A stretch of DNA of 64,000 bases from Phoronis australis (Eukaryota; Animalia; Phoronida), in NCBI GenBank assembly GCA_002633005.1, contig NMRA01000131.1:235798-299797 (forward strand), written 5' to 3'. The position numbers and the translations under genes are program-made. Numbering within the stretch: the first letter of the stretch is position 1; each line of letters starts with the position of its first letter. The notes beneath the pieces are model-generated. The model saw nothing but the letters and a program-made list of their open reading frames with translations, was not told the DNA's origin and did not search any database. This document shows, piece by piece, positions 1 through 12,601 of this stretch.

Positions 1-599
1 TGATTCCAATAGTCTGGAGACACGCTGAAAGCCAAATTCATTGTAACGATGATGTCATAGACTTCGATTAGTGCAAGCGTCGTCTCAAGTTTTTTTGGTG
101 CTAAATGGGGTTCGTGATGGGGCTACTGTATTGTCGAAGATCTACTTAATTAACGACTGGGGTATGCTATGACACAGTATTTTGATGTTTTTCATCAATA
201 AATGTATTTCAGATATAAAAATAGTCATTTTGGCACCATACTTGGCCTTTAACTGCCGTTTTTCTTGATATATTGTTTTTGCAGTTAATTAAAAAATTAA
301 ATCAAATTTTCCACTTTTACTCCCTCAAAGATTATTCCCAGTTGTGAAAGGTGTTGTGGTTACTGCACACAAAGTTGCATGAAAATGACCTTGTATTGCA
401 ATGAATATGCCTTGAACTACCCTTGAAAGTCCTTGAAACGTCCTGGAATGTTTTCTCAAACTTTTGTGTGAATCATGGATTTCAACACTCAAATGCAAGT
501 GGTCAAGTGATATGAAGTAGAACTGTATTGAAAAGTGTGTGCTATTTTACAAACCATAATTGATTGTACCTGCTCCTCCACAAAACATTGTTTTTCCAG

Positions 600-719
600 T
601 TGAGTGACGGCAGAAGCTTCAAAGTGATAATCAGGTTTGACACCAATGTGGAGCTCACTTACTTCCGCCATGGAGGCATCCTCAACTACATGATCCGCAG
701 CATGATGTCACCAAAGTAG
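600..719 (+). CDS. ACO1: Terminal coding exon of cytoplasmic aconitate hydratase / iron regulatory protein 1
   Basis: Acceptor tttttccag (AG 598-599) is followed by [39 protein letters not shown] (TAG 717-719). [22 protein letters not shown] is the ACO1/IRP1 C-terminus. Not in the ORF track; upstream exons lie outside the window. Confidence 0.92.
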   Translation: MSDGRSFKVIIRFDTNVELTYFRHGGILNYMIRSMMSPK

Positions 720-1190
720 ACTGCTTACCTTTGACCCTGGTACTGTCCAATGGCAGGCTTATTATCCTCTGGGCATTATCACCTGGTCTAGTTCACTTAA
801 TGTTAAAGTTCTAAAGGAATGACCATTGGTTAGTGTTAACCAATTGGCAGGTTAATTTGTTATTTAGCTACTTGCATGATTGTCTGCAGCATATTAAATG
901 ATGGTTACACATAAAATTAATTTTAGTTTAATTGTTCCATTTTTGTTATTCATTTAATTCCGAGTTGTATTTTTGTTTCAGATTTGATGATAAGTCAGTA
1001 CAAGTGTTTAATGACAATGACATTATTTAAGAGTGACCAGTTTCGACATAGCAAAAATGAAATAGACTTGAGGTCTTTGCCCAGAAGTTGCTGTTAACTG
1101 CATTTTGATTAGATATGTTAATTGTTGTTGACTCAAACATTCACTCTGTTCATTGCTCTCTCGGAACTGTTGTTGGAAGCAATAATGATA

Positions 1191-1196
1191 AATAAA
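1191..1196 (+). terminator. Candidate polyadenylation signal of the aconitase gene
   Basis: AATAAA ~470 nt after the stop codon, followed by a T/GT-rich tract. Confidence 0.5.
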
Positions 1197-1481
1197 TGAA
1201 TTGGAAATTATTTGTTATCATAGTTAACCTGTAGATGATCATGACAACCTTTGCTAGTTCAGTGGGTGGAGTTATTGCACCTGGAGTTGCTGTTTTAAGG
1301 TTTCATGAACAGATAGTGGAAGGTGTAGAGTGTACACATGGGGGTAGTGGTTGTGGGGTTAGAAAGTGCAGACAAGGCGCCCGCTTTGTACAACCTGATT
1401 AGGGCGTATATCATGTTTTAGACATTAGTTGTCATGGTTTGACTAAATAATGACTTATACCTGTATGTATACTGTGAGTCA

Positions 1482-1734
1482 TTGGGCTTGAAATTTTCCT
1501 CATTTAACAGGATTTCCTCTTTTTTGGTTTCGATTTCCTTTTATTTGATTTCCAGTTTCCTCTTTTTTCATCTCTTTTTATCATTATTTTGACTTTATTG
1601 GTATAAAAACGTTTATTTCAGTTATATTTTACAACACAGAAAATATTCCTATGGCACAAGCCCGTTTATTTGTGGAAGGATACCATCGCCTGGAAAAATT
1701 TCCTCTTTTTTGTCAGTGGTCCTTCCAAGCCCAG
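1482..1734 (+). mobile_element. MITE with (C/T)TGGGCTTG...CAAGCCCAG termini
   Basis: Short TIR with near-duplicated flanks gagtca/aagtca. An inverted homologous copy lies at ~40047-40271. Confidence 0.6.
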
Positions 1735-2494
1735 AAGTCAGAACAGGGTAAATTGTCCCTTGTCTTTCAAGTAGTGTTTAGTTACTACCTGTACTTCAGT
1801 GACACTGTGAGAACGGCCATGCTGGCTGTGACTGACAAAATTTAAGGCAAGCTGGCCAGATTGTATTAGTTGGATAAGATTTACGAAATACGCCTTGGAT
1901 AACAAAAATGTTTAAGTATGGGGAGTGAAACATTGGACAATTGTATTCCAGTCATTTGGCATTCAATCAAATAAGACTTTCAGTAGATGATTATGAAGTA
2001 AATCAGAAGTTAGGAGGTAAGTGAATTTAAGCTGCCAGAGACCTGCTTTTATGACGAACAACTCAGATCCAATTTCCAGTGTCATATTCAGAGCACGGCG
2101 CAATCGTAACGGAACTATGGCTAAGTACAGGCTCTCCCGCGATATCCCAGACGACCGGCAGTGGCGCTGCGCACTACGACTCCCGTTTCCGTCGTCTGCT
2201 CCACTGTGCAATGAAGAAAATTACTTCATTTTTTTTAAAGAAAATGGAATCTGAGTGACGATGAAAATACAGAAGCTGCTGGTAAGATGTGAATTTTAAT
2301 CAAAGCCTTAGTGAATCACTCAGAAACTCATAATTCTCTCTTTGTCAAACCTTAACTTAAGACGATTTCCAAAGCAATCGCGTCATTAATGCCAACACAA
2401 AAAACAGATTTGGTCTTTTGGGCATTTGAAGACTATTTTAAATACAACAAATTTGTTACGAACTGAGTGCACAAAATATAAAAAGTGTAATAAG

Positions 2495-2883
2495 CATTGC
2501 AAAAAGAATTAGGTTTCGTGCGCAAACGCTGTGGACCATAAACAAGTAGGTCTCTTGTTGCTGAATTACGAGTGAAGTCGTCGTGGTGCAGTGGTAAAGC
2601 ACGCGCCTTCTATCCGACAGGTCGTGATTTCGAGTCTGTGATAATTGCAGTTTTTCACGTTTGACACGTTCTCCGTGTTTCTTTCTTGGATAATACATCA
2701 GGAATTAAGGAAAATGCTTAATTTTTAGAGGAAAAAACAGAAAAATTTTCCTGGCGGGAGGAGGGAAAACCTCCCTCCCGACCTCCCCCCATTCGGTGCT
2801 ATGCGCATCTACAATCGTGCTTTGCGCAAATGTTTACAGACAAAATGTTGGCCCCCCTTTGTGATATACTAGATCCGCCACTG
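2495..2883 (+). mobile_element. 5'-truncated copy of the tRNA-cassette MITE (sibling of 7317-7839)
   Basis: Aligns with 7470-7839, including the tRNA-like A/B boxes (2584-2636) and the terminal CTAGATCCGCCACTG. Confidence 0.8.
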
Positions 2884-5800
2884 TATTAAATCATTGAAAG
2901 GCAAACGAGGCTATGGATTTCTAAACGAAAATCCCCCAAAGTATTATCTAGTCCTATTACGTATTGTATTTCGTCCTGTGCTCAAGGACATGTTCTTGTA
3001 TATTTTGTAATAGTAGTCTCGTCAATTCAACCATGTAATATATTGGGCACGTGACATTGCATAAAACTGTGATGTTTGTTTTCTAACTGTGCAGTGTTTG
3101 ATTCTATGCCAATGGTTAATCAGTTTATCTTGTTTGAGGTGAACTGTGTTTATAACGATTTTTATGTGGTTTTCCGGCCTTTGAGAAAACGCGTGCGGCG
3201 CAATTACAGTGTGCTGTATTAAAAGTGCACTTGTTTACATCGCAACTCATTGCCGTATGCTGCCTTAAGAATTGTCAGGCTGCCAATACTCTTCAGTCAC
3301 GCCGTATTCAGAAATGTTGTTTTCGCCGTGTTGCCCTTATCGGTAGAAACATACGGGTGGCGAAGGTCGTAAAAGACGATCATCGTCGTCTTAACAAATC
3401 TGTTGTCGACGAATGTAATTACAAACTTTGAAATCTTACTTGAGTTTAATCTGTATTAGTTTTATTTGTTCTTGTTACGTGTTAAATTAACGTAAAAAGT
3501 ACAACAGAAACCAGTCACAGGTGCGTTTATCCTCTCCAACAATTTACTGAATAATGATCTACGGTCACTCGGGGTCATTCACCCTTCCCTTTTCAATAAG
3601 AGGCAGCGAGAGTACTTAATAGGCAAACTTACTATACCACATAAATGTGCCTACGCCATTTGTATTATTCGAAAGTACCATAGTCGAGAAAGTGAAGGCA
3701 AGTCCCTTTGACGAGAAATCGAGCGACAAGAATATACTCGGTGAAGATACTCGGTGAAGAAATAAATGCTTTTAAAGTCCTGCGTTTATGTGATGCCCAC
3801 ACCGTTCTCACACCATTTGCGCTTTCAGCTTATGCGGGTTAACTGTGTACTCGGCGATTACACTCCAATGCACTAGAGTTCCGTTAGCTATTTGAACTTT
3901 TTGGTTTCGCCCTGCAGCGAGTACGGCGAGGGTAAAACCTGCAAGATCATTTTTGTGCACAATGTTCTCAACGAAAATGCCTAACGTCCACTAAATGAGT
4001 AATGAGTATTAGTGTATTCCCTGTAACCAAATTTTTGACAACATGGGCTGTGCACGTAAACCAAGTTGTATGTTATGCGATAAACAGATTTTAAATCGCA
4101 TTGACAACACGTAAACTACGGTTTATTAAATCTTATAACAATATCAAGTGTGATGAACAAACACGACTCACAGCAATTAAATTTCCAGATTTCATGTGAA
4201 CGCAGTTCAAGTGGTAACAGAAGGCCTCTGTGGTGGATACAGTATTTTTCTAATTTAGTTTAAAATTAGTTTCAACAATCTCTCATTATTCCAGCCACAT
4301 TACTCGTAAACGCCCTCCCCCCTGATGGACAAGAAATGAGAGTTACAATTTGTGAGATGGTAAAGTACAATGACAAGATAGAGGGGTCGTTTGCTAGTAA
4401 TTTAATTAATTAATCTTCCGTAGTTCGGACGCAGTACTCCAGTTGTACAACTCGTCTCCTAAGTTTTCGTGAGCAGGGAAATGGTAGTAACAAATTATCT
4501 GAACAATTTCGATTTAAAAAAGTTGGAATGAGCTTTCCAAGATATTCCCAAGCTCATCTAATAATAATGCATATCTAATCTGAAGTAAAAAATAAATGAA
4601 ACCACAATATACCCGTATTTCCGTCCTACGGTCAACCCTGACAATAACCACTTTCAAGCTACAACTCCCAAGTTATGACAGTAAGCAGTCGTGTAACAAT
4701 ATCCCCCATTCAACAATTGAGATCAGTTTCTTCGCCGCCGGCTATAGAGCGATGACACAAAGCTCAAGTACTTTTGCTGACCTGAAAATACGAGGCCATC
4801 TGCAACCTCTATTCAGTTTCTTTTTCTAGTACTTGAATGAATCAATGCATCTGAACTTTCACAGGCAGATGTTATTTTTAAACAATATTGCATAATAAAG
4901 TAGATACTTTTTTGAATATAAGCCTTGTTATTGATCAATCATTCTACTTTTTAGTTTTTGGCAATCCACAAGAGCAGATTTTCTACAACCGTTTAAAATA
5001 TTTTATGCTCAAAAACAATACCCACAATTCCTAGTTACTTGGCTACCGCTATAGGCCCTAAAAGTCGATTGAAATAAAGATTGTTTCAGATCGCCACATA
5101 GCGAAAGTAGCAACCATAAAAATGAATAAAATCAACCATATTTACTTGAAACCCATTATCTCACGCCCTCATCTTTATGCCTACACATACACGCAATCCC
5201 AGAAACAATGCTTTTCACAGGACAGGGGATGAGGCGTGATACATTCTTTTTTAACTCAAAGTTTTTCCAAACCAGTTTTAAATTATTGTTTTTTCCTGGG
5301 ATAACACATTAACGTGTTTTGTTGTCCCAGGTTTTACAAAACATGAATTGTTATGTACACGCGCGTAACTACAAAAATCGGGTGCACTCTGGCAATGGCT
5401 ACGAAAACGTAGATTTTTAAATTTAATAATTCCCGGATTGGCAATGAGTATTTATGAGTATTTGAAGGAATTTGACTCCTAGTCCTTAAGGTATGCCGTA
5501 AATAACACAGAGACGCGTTGACAGACTGGTAAGCCGCGAATTGAGATGTACATGTAGGCGGCGTCACATTTCCCCCAATGAGTCTGTCATATGACAGGAA
5601 GTGGCGGAAGAAGGGAAAATATCTCAGACAGCTTTCCCATGATAGTAAGGAAGTCATTCAAATTCAATGACATACAGGGAATAACACTGTTGAAAAAATG
5701 TTAGGTTTTGCTCATTGAAACAAAATCATCGCGAAAGTGCTTTCAGTTTACACGCAGCCTTGTGCACAGCTCCAAAGTTTCCACAAACAATACCCAGAAC

Positions 5801-7316
5801 ACGTTACTCCTGGAACGCGTTGTCGCTATGTTTGAGGGCTGTGTGGACGCTGTTTTTAAAAACTAGTGCAACTTGCCCCATTTGTGACAACTTACTCCGT
5901 CTTATCGAGGGGATCGTGAATAAAACCATTTACATCAAAATAATTAGCTTTGTACAACTTTTATCGTGTAACAGGTGATAAAATTATTCATACTCCCTGT
6001 TTTACGCGTATTGACACAAAGAATTCCACAGTGAATCTTGAAATAAGCGTTGGGAGTTAAAACAAACCAAAATCAAAAAAATCTTGTTCGCAAAAGACTT
6101 CGGGCATGTTTAAACAGCTCGTCTATGATGGACTTGATCTTTCGTCTGACATAAATCGTAATGAAGGATTGTACTCAAAATATACATAGATCGGCGGGTA
6201 CGCGTCGTTTCCTTATTCCATGGGTGGAATTAAGTACAACGTTTTGACAGCCCTAAATAATTATTTGTTATATCCAAAATGCTCTACTTGTGCTGGTCAT
6301 GGTCTACAATTTCCGGAGACACTTAGGGAAGACAAGGTAATTCACAAGCACACGAGGGCTCGAAGAAAGTCTCGGATGAAGGTTGTCTACATGTCAGTGC
6401 GTTCACGGCTAGATTTGCTTTGCTTCCCTCGGCAGGCGATGGGCAACCCCGTGGCAGTGATTGGATTTCTGCAGTAAATAACACGTTTTTACTGACTACG
6501 TTCTGGCGCCCTGATTTGGGATGTAATTCTTTAGTGTGTGTGAACAATGAATATCGCATGCGCTGCACACATGGAGTAGTTGTGACATCCGTATAAACAG
6601 TATACACTGAAAATATTACGAAAATGGAAGTTACAGAAAGTAATTCCACAATGACAAGAATGACAAAGGAAGTCCAAAGAAAGTATTTCCACCATGGGTC
6701 TGACACAGACTAACTACGATGCATAAATTAAACACCATCTCAAATACTTGTTTAGACACTGCTTAGTTAAAACTTACCTCCACGACGTGTGTCACACATT
6801 GTTATCAATTTTAATAAAAAATGTTCTGGCATTTTAAACTTAAGATGACAAATTATTGATTATTACAAAAAAAATCCAGCAACCTCGCCTCAACTCGCCA
6901 GAACAAGTCCAGTGTAAAGAAAGAGGAAGTTTACATCAATAAACTGATTAACTATAGTTGAAATAACAAGTTCACGCATACATGAAAAAATCTCTCTCCG
7001 TTATTCTTTAGCTAAGTGTGGCGCAGTTTTCTATTTTCATGCTCTCAATTTAATACAGTCTCCGTTCATTTTTAAAAAATGGCACAATAAAAGACAGTAA
7101 TATATGAAGAAGAAAATAATGTCCATGCGATGACTAGGACTTCGAAAGAAGTTAAGAACTTTTTAGAACTGGCAATTCGTTATTGCTTGAGGTCAGGATC
7201 TGTAAGACTCCGTCACAGCGTGCCATTTTAAGTGGCGAGTATGTTCGCAATGAAGAACGAGCTACCAGTCCTTTGCAAACCCAGATACCACTTCTTACCT
7301 GAGTACAGAACAGGTC

Positions 7317-7839
7317 CATAGGCGGATTTAGGGGGGGGGCAGGGGGCCCGCCCCCCCCCTTGGCTGCCGAAAAAAATAAAACAGTAAGGGCGCAGGGGAA
7401 TGTTGAGTTTATTAATTAACCCCGGTAATTAAAATTATACGGATGAAAAAAGATTTAAATGTGTGCAGTAGGTTTCGCGCGCAAACGCTGTGGACCATAA
7501 ACAAGTAGGTCTCTTAGTATGGGATAAGTAGTTAAATCGTGGTGGTGTAGTGGTAACGCACGCGCACTAATCGCCAGGTCGTGAGTTCGAGTCCTTGATA
7601 CTTGTTGTTTTTCCTGTTTGACACGTTCTCCGTTTTTTTGCCTTTTTTCTTGAATAATACTTCAGGAATATAGGAAAATGCTCGATTTTTAGAGGTAAAA
7701 ACAGAAAAATTTCCTGGGCGGGAGGGGGGGTTTGCCCCATTCGGTGCTATGCGTATCTACAATCGTGGTTCAGTTTGCGCAAATTCTTACAGCCGGACAA
7801 AATGTTGCCCCCCCTTGTGATATCCTAGATCCGCCACTG
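7317..7839 (+). mobile_element. Non-autonomous TIR DNA element, 5-bp TSD AGGTC, carrying a tRNA-like Pol III cassette
   Basis: Termini CATAGGCGGATTTAGG / CCTAGATCCGCCACTG; AGGTC at 7312-7316 and 7840-7844; A-box 7543-7553; B-box 7585-7594. Confidence 0.88.
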
Positions 7840-8431
7840 AGGTCCAGACAACGCTATAGCCGAAAGCGGTCAAAATCAAAAGTTCGCTTCTTGGACGGAA
7901 CACAGATTTTAGCCGCTTTAAATGGACACTCGCTCAAACTACACGTATATTCATCGGTTCGTCGATAAGTAAGAACAGAATCGATTACCGAACGATACTA
8001 CAACGGTACTTAAAACAACGGTACTTAAAACAACGGTTATTTTGTTCATGTCCCATCTTCAGGCAGAAGGCGAAACATGTAGTTTTTTTGTTTTGCTCTA
8101 CCGACGACCGACCAATGTTACTGTAGTTTGAGACAGTGTCTATTAAAGTAATTAACAGACAACACTGTCGTGTTTTCTACAAAATGTGTTATAATCAAGA
8201 TGTAAACAAACAGTTGCCGGTTAACAACTAAATATTTGAGTAGCCGCATATATTTATTGCTTAGATAGAATGGTAACTTCATTTGTGTCGCTTTCATTGA
8301 GAATTTGAAAGTGAACTTTTGTTCACGACCACAGCAGATGTACTGGGACTGTTGCATTCGAGTATTGTGATAGCATGTTTCCTCATCGAAACAATTATGT
8401 TAAAAACGCTTGAAACGCAACGTGTGTAGTT

Positions 8432-8748
8432 CATAGGTGGATTGGGGGAGTGGGGGGGGCTAAAGGGCCCCCCTCTTGGCTGCTGCAAGCAAAATGAAAC
8501 AACAGCGTGAAGCGTGAGGAAATATTGAATTCAGTAACTAGAACAATAGCGGATGAAGGGGTTCAGACCCCAGATCGCGGCGGAATCGTGTTCCCGTTTT
8601 TTTTTTTTTTTTAGTCCACCGATAGATTTTCTGAACAGAAGGTCTACATCCCTGGCCCCCCGCAACTTTCGGGCCGCCCGTGCACATGCAATCGCGCTTT
8701 GCCCAATTCCCCGAGGCAACATGTTGCCCCCCCCTAGATCCGCCATTG
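8432..8748 (+). mobile_element. MITE, 5-bp TSD TAGTT
   Basis: Termini CATAGGTGGATT / CTAGATCCGCCATTG; TAGTT on both sides; interior homologous to 59821-60148. Confidence 0.88.
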
Positions 8749-9269
8749 TAGTTGGACACTACCACCATTCTTAACCAATTTTTAGTCCACAATTTAACAG
8801 AAGTAGTTACGTGTCCAATTTTAGTTTCCGTCAAATTTCATTCAAAGTAATCTTTTCATCGTTTTCACAAGTTTGAAACACAGAATGTGCGATATCAATC
8901 GAAAAAATCGGCACATTTCGTAAATTACAAAATCCTACATGTTCTTGCGATTTTTGCTATCGCGGGAATGTTTTAAGCTGTGTCATTCAACCACGGTGGC
9001 TATTTTGTTGATGTAATACTAGACATTGAAAAAACACATTAAAAATTCAATGTGGATTTTTGTTAATTTTTAATAAATATCATTTTAAAATGCGTCATTT
9101 GGGAATAAATTGGGTATGTTGGTTTTTAATTTCATGAAGTTTTTACTAGAATCAAGCAGTGTACGAGTTCAATGACTCCAGAGCCCCAGGTCAACGGTTG
9201 ATCGCCACAAGTGCTTATATAATATGAGGCAATTACTCGTAATCGTCTGTCTGCGAGCAAAACCCATTG

Positions 9270-10700
9270 ACCACCATTGCATAATATGTCTGTACATTAC
9301 GTAAATAGCCATCAATAGATTAATCGTCTCACACTTGTGGCAAACGCTCTCTTATGTCAAGCAGAAACAATGTAGCTTTGTAAATATTGGTATAGATTTT
9401 CCGACAATTACACGCCATGTGATTATCATTCTCATAAGGATCCGTATGGGTTTCTTACCACGGTCACTACTCGCGGGACAATGAGTTACTACGTATAACA
9501 CTAAGACATGAAATCCTGTTCCTGAATGTAGTAATCGTCTGACAAACACCCTCTTCGACTGTATTACACCTCAACTTCTTCACATGGACTAATCGAGAAA
9601 ATCATTTACTTTTAAAGCATTTCAGATATCACTTATCAAAAATCGGTATCCTGTCAACAACGTGAGTAATGTTTACCTCATCAACTGTGGTTAAGCCAGT
9701 GTTATTCAGTTATCAACGCAATACGTCGCAAGCGACTGTAATAACAGTGTTAAACAAACTGCAGTAGCGCCCGATCAAATACAAGGTTCAACGCCCCGCG
9801 AGTAAATAATGTACTTTTACATGAACGCGCACGCCATATTCGTCGATATGCGACCTTTCTTTGTGTAATTTCCTTCACCACACGCGCGTGATTAACACAG
9901 TTACTCAATTTAAGGGCATTGTTTGTTGCAGCAAAAATAACAAGTCATTTCTATGTGTACAATTGCATCAGATGTGAAATCAATAGACAAGGCTATTATG
10001 AAAACTGAATTGACCTCGGTTGACCTGAGGACGGCTAGCTGGAGTCTCGCTTCACAAAACATTCCTACCTTCTGTTAGACCGTCCACTCTCGGCCTGGTC
10101 AAACCAGGGTTAAAAAGGTCAAATCATCGGATAAGAAATTCGATCTGTAGCTAATTCTCAGAGCTCAGTATAAAGTTTAATCAAAAACAGGACTCTCGAT
10201 AAGTCTTGACCTCGTCAGGCCGTCAAGTAAACATCAAGTTTCAAGCCAGCCTCAAAGTACTGCTTGTGGTTAACTTTTTAAATAATGAATCACCATTTGT
10301 TGGGAAAGGGTTATCATGGTAGACAGTCGAGTAAACATGCGTTAATGGAGTTATAAATAGAAGCCTGTAAATTTTTACTTATTGCGCAGACAAACTGTGT
10401 TATGCAATAAACCAATGTAAAAAACTACCCGGTAATGTGAAAGCTTCAAACTCACACCGAGGCTTTCACCTTCTGCCCCAGCCTATGCAATATCAGTGTC
10501 CTTACGTAACCCCATGGCTCTAAGTTGGTCGGCCAATCAGATAGGGTATTACATCTGCTTTCGGTTAGTGGTGTCCGGGTGTAGCGTAGACTGTTGCGTG
10601 ATTGGTTAGCTAATTCATGGATTGCGTAAATTGGTGATGTATTTGCATACGCTAACCTCGCCGTTCGTTCATCTCAGGTCATGAGTTCAGATAAGGACGA
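9270..10700 (+). promoter_or_regulatory. Upstream regulatory region/promoter of the bZIP gene
   Basis: TTAYGYAA sites (either strand) at 9277, 9297, 10400, 10502 and 10622; DR4 at 10011-10026; DR2 at 10676-10689; CCAAT boxes near 10533 and 10601. Confidence 0.6.
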
Positions 10701-10817
10701 CAATTGTTAAAAGCTGTAGAAGAAGGCAACCGCCATACATTGGTGATCAGTTATTAATTGTATTCGATGTAGATCACTTCATGTTTGTAAATTCCTACTT
10801 GGTAGAGTGACTGAAAG

Positions 10818-11469
10818 GTATGTGTACTTATTATATGCTTATATCTTACATATAACTTAATATAGTAACGGACTAGGGAAGTAACTACCATTTTTTACGA
10901 GGTGTTACATTGTGTTTTAAACACCAGATTTTAAAAACAATCGTGAATCTGTTGAAACGTAATAATTACATTGTTGTATGATTATTTTTAAATTATCACA
11001 GTACACAAATCTTCCCTCTGTACTCGTTCAAAACCATTGATAAAAATTCCACACGAGAGTTTTTTATGAGGCACATTCAATATGGCGTCTCAACCTAGCT
11101 TGTGCAAGCATTACACAATGGGGGTTCAAGTGACGTAACGCCGATCAATAGCTTTCATCTTTTTAGAACAAAAATGTAGAGTTTTGCAATGTCTTCTTTT
11201 TTGTTGGATATTATGTCATTTTTTATACTTTTAAGAGTCGATCCAAACATGAACAAATAGATTACAGTGTATTTTGACTGGACTTTCCTGGTCTTACAAA
11301 GGTCATCGTATCCCCGCATCAGTCATTTTAGATCATTCATTCCGAAGATTAATAGCAAATGTTTCAAGCAAAATTTCAATCTTAAATAATTCACCAGTAT
11401 TCCATATTTATACTAATAACAAACATTAATTAATGGAGACAGTATCAATGTTTTTTGGCTTTTTTCTAG
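10818..11469 (+). other. Probable 5'-UTR intron of the bZIP gene
   Basis: Donor AAG|GTATGT at 10818; polypyrimidine acceptor tttttttctag ending 11469, 70 nt before the ATG. Confidence 0.6.
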
Positions 11470-11539
11470 AGTTGTTGATGTAATACTGACCAGAGCCAAG
11501 GATAAACAACTGTGACCTCGCTGCTCGGAAAAAAATAAA

Positions 11540-12601
11540 ATGGCGGACAGCGATCAGAAGGGAAATTTGGAAGTAAAATGTGAGCCGGGAAGTCCCGAAG
11601 CCTCGCGATTAACCACTGATGGAGATTGCAATGAACACGTTAAACGGGAAACTGAGAGCGAGCAAGAAGAACCATTGGATTTTTCCTGTCGGAGGCGTTC
11701 CGTTAGTTCTTCAGCAAGCCGCAGCCCTCAGCCGAGCTCGCCGCACTCAGCGATCGGTTCAAGACATTCTGAGAACGGGGATGTGAATCACGACGAAAAC
11801 TCTAGGTCCCATTCTAATAGTAGTGCGTCCGATTCGGATAAAATCGGTGAACCGAAATTAGCAAAAGCGGGAACCGTACCAGGCACCGTGTTTCCTGGCA
11901 TGATTCCCGGGATGACTCTACCAAATTTCTCGGGATTACCTGCCGGCCTTTCCAGTTTAGCAGGGGCAGCTGGTTTTCTAGCCGGCATGACTCCCAGCGC
12001 TCTGGCTTCGATGTTAGACCAACGAAAGACAAATCAACAGGGTAACAAAGGTTCGCGACCGTTCAAAGCGTACCCCAAGGACCCGTTATCACTACCTCTT
12101 GGTTACCCGTACACAGTGCCATCATTTATGCCAATGACTACGACAGTAACATCGTCACCAGAATTATCAACAGCACAGACACTGAATCAAAGCTCCGAGG
12201 AACTTTTCCACCTGTACAGACAGCAAGTTCTGAAAGCGCAGGAAGACTTGCGCAAGTCCAAGAGCAAAGTGTCCAACAACACATCTACCTCCGTCGTGGA
12301 CACCAGCGCCACCACTGTCAGCAGTAACTCAAGTCCCACTTCGTCCACCTCGTCCACCAGTAACTCCAGGAAACGTCCCAGAATATATCCGGATGCGGCC
12401 AAAGATGAATCTTATTGGGATCGCAGGAGGAAAAATAATGAAGCCGCCAAACGCTCGCGTGACGCGCGTCGAGCAAAAGAGGACGAGATTGCTATTCGAG
12501 CAGCATTCTTAGAACAAGAAAATCTCAAACTTAGAGTTGAAGTGGCCGCACTAAAAACGGAAACGGCTAAACTAAGGTGTATGCTTCTGAATCAAAGTTG
12601 A
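11540..12601 (+). CDS. gt: Giant-like (PAR-related/ces-2-like) bZIP transcription factor, single coding exon, 353 aa
   Basis: C-terminal b[44 protein letters not shown]; giant-type [11 protein letters not shown] motif; CtBP-binding PLDFS motif. Orthology to giant is by motif recognition only. Confidence 0.9.
   Translation: MADSDQKGNLEVKCEPGSPEASRLTTDGDCNEHVKRETESEQEEPLDFSCRRRSVSSSASRSPQPSSPHSAIGSRHSENGDVNHDENSRSHSNSSASDSDKIGEPKLAKAGTVPGTVFPGMIPGMTLPNFSGLPAGLSSLAGAAGFLAGMTPSALASMLDQRKTNQQGNKGSRPFKAYPKDPLSLPLGYPYTVPSFMPMTTTVTSSPELSTAQTLNQSSEELFHLYRQQVLKAQEDLRKSKSKVSNNTSTSVVDTSATTVSSNSSPTSSTSSTSNSRKRPRIYPDAAKDESYWDRRRKNNEAAKRSRDARRAKEDEIAIRAAFLEQENLKLRVEVAALKTETAKLRCMLLNQS

Noticed and set aside
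489-671. 60-aa minus-strand ORF
   Set aside because: Antisense shadow of the ACO1 exon.
7537-7600. Functional tRNA gene (also 2576-2640 and 35255-35302)
   Set aside because: A/B boxes or a B-box only; acceptor and anticodon stems do not pair properly; the first two lie inside repeats.
8040-8085. Hammerhead halves (CATCTTCAGG; GGCGAAACATGTA)
   Set aside because: The halves are on opposite strands; at most a rearranged Penelope-like remnant.
11788-12402. Minus-strand ORFs inside the bZIP gene
   Set aside because: Antisense shadows with no independent motifs.
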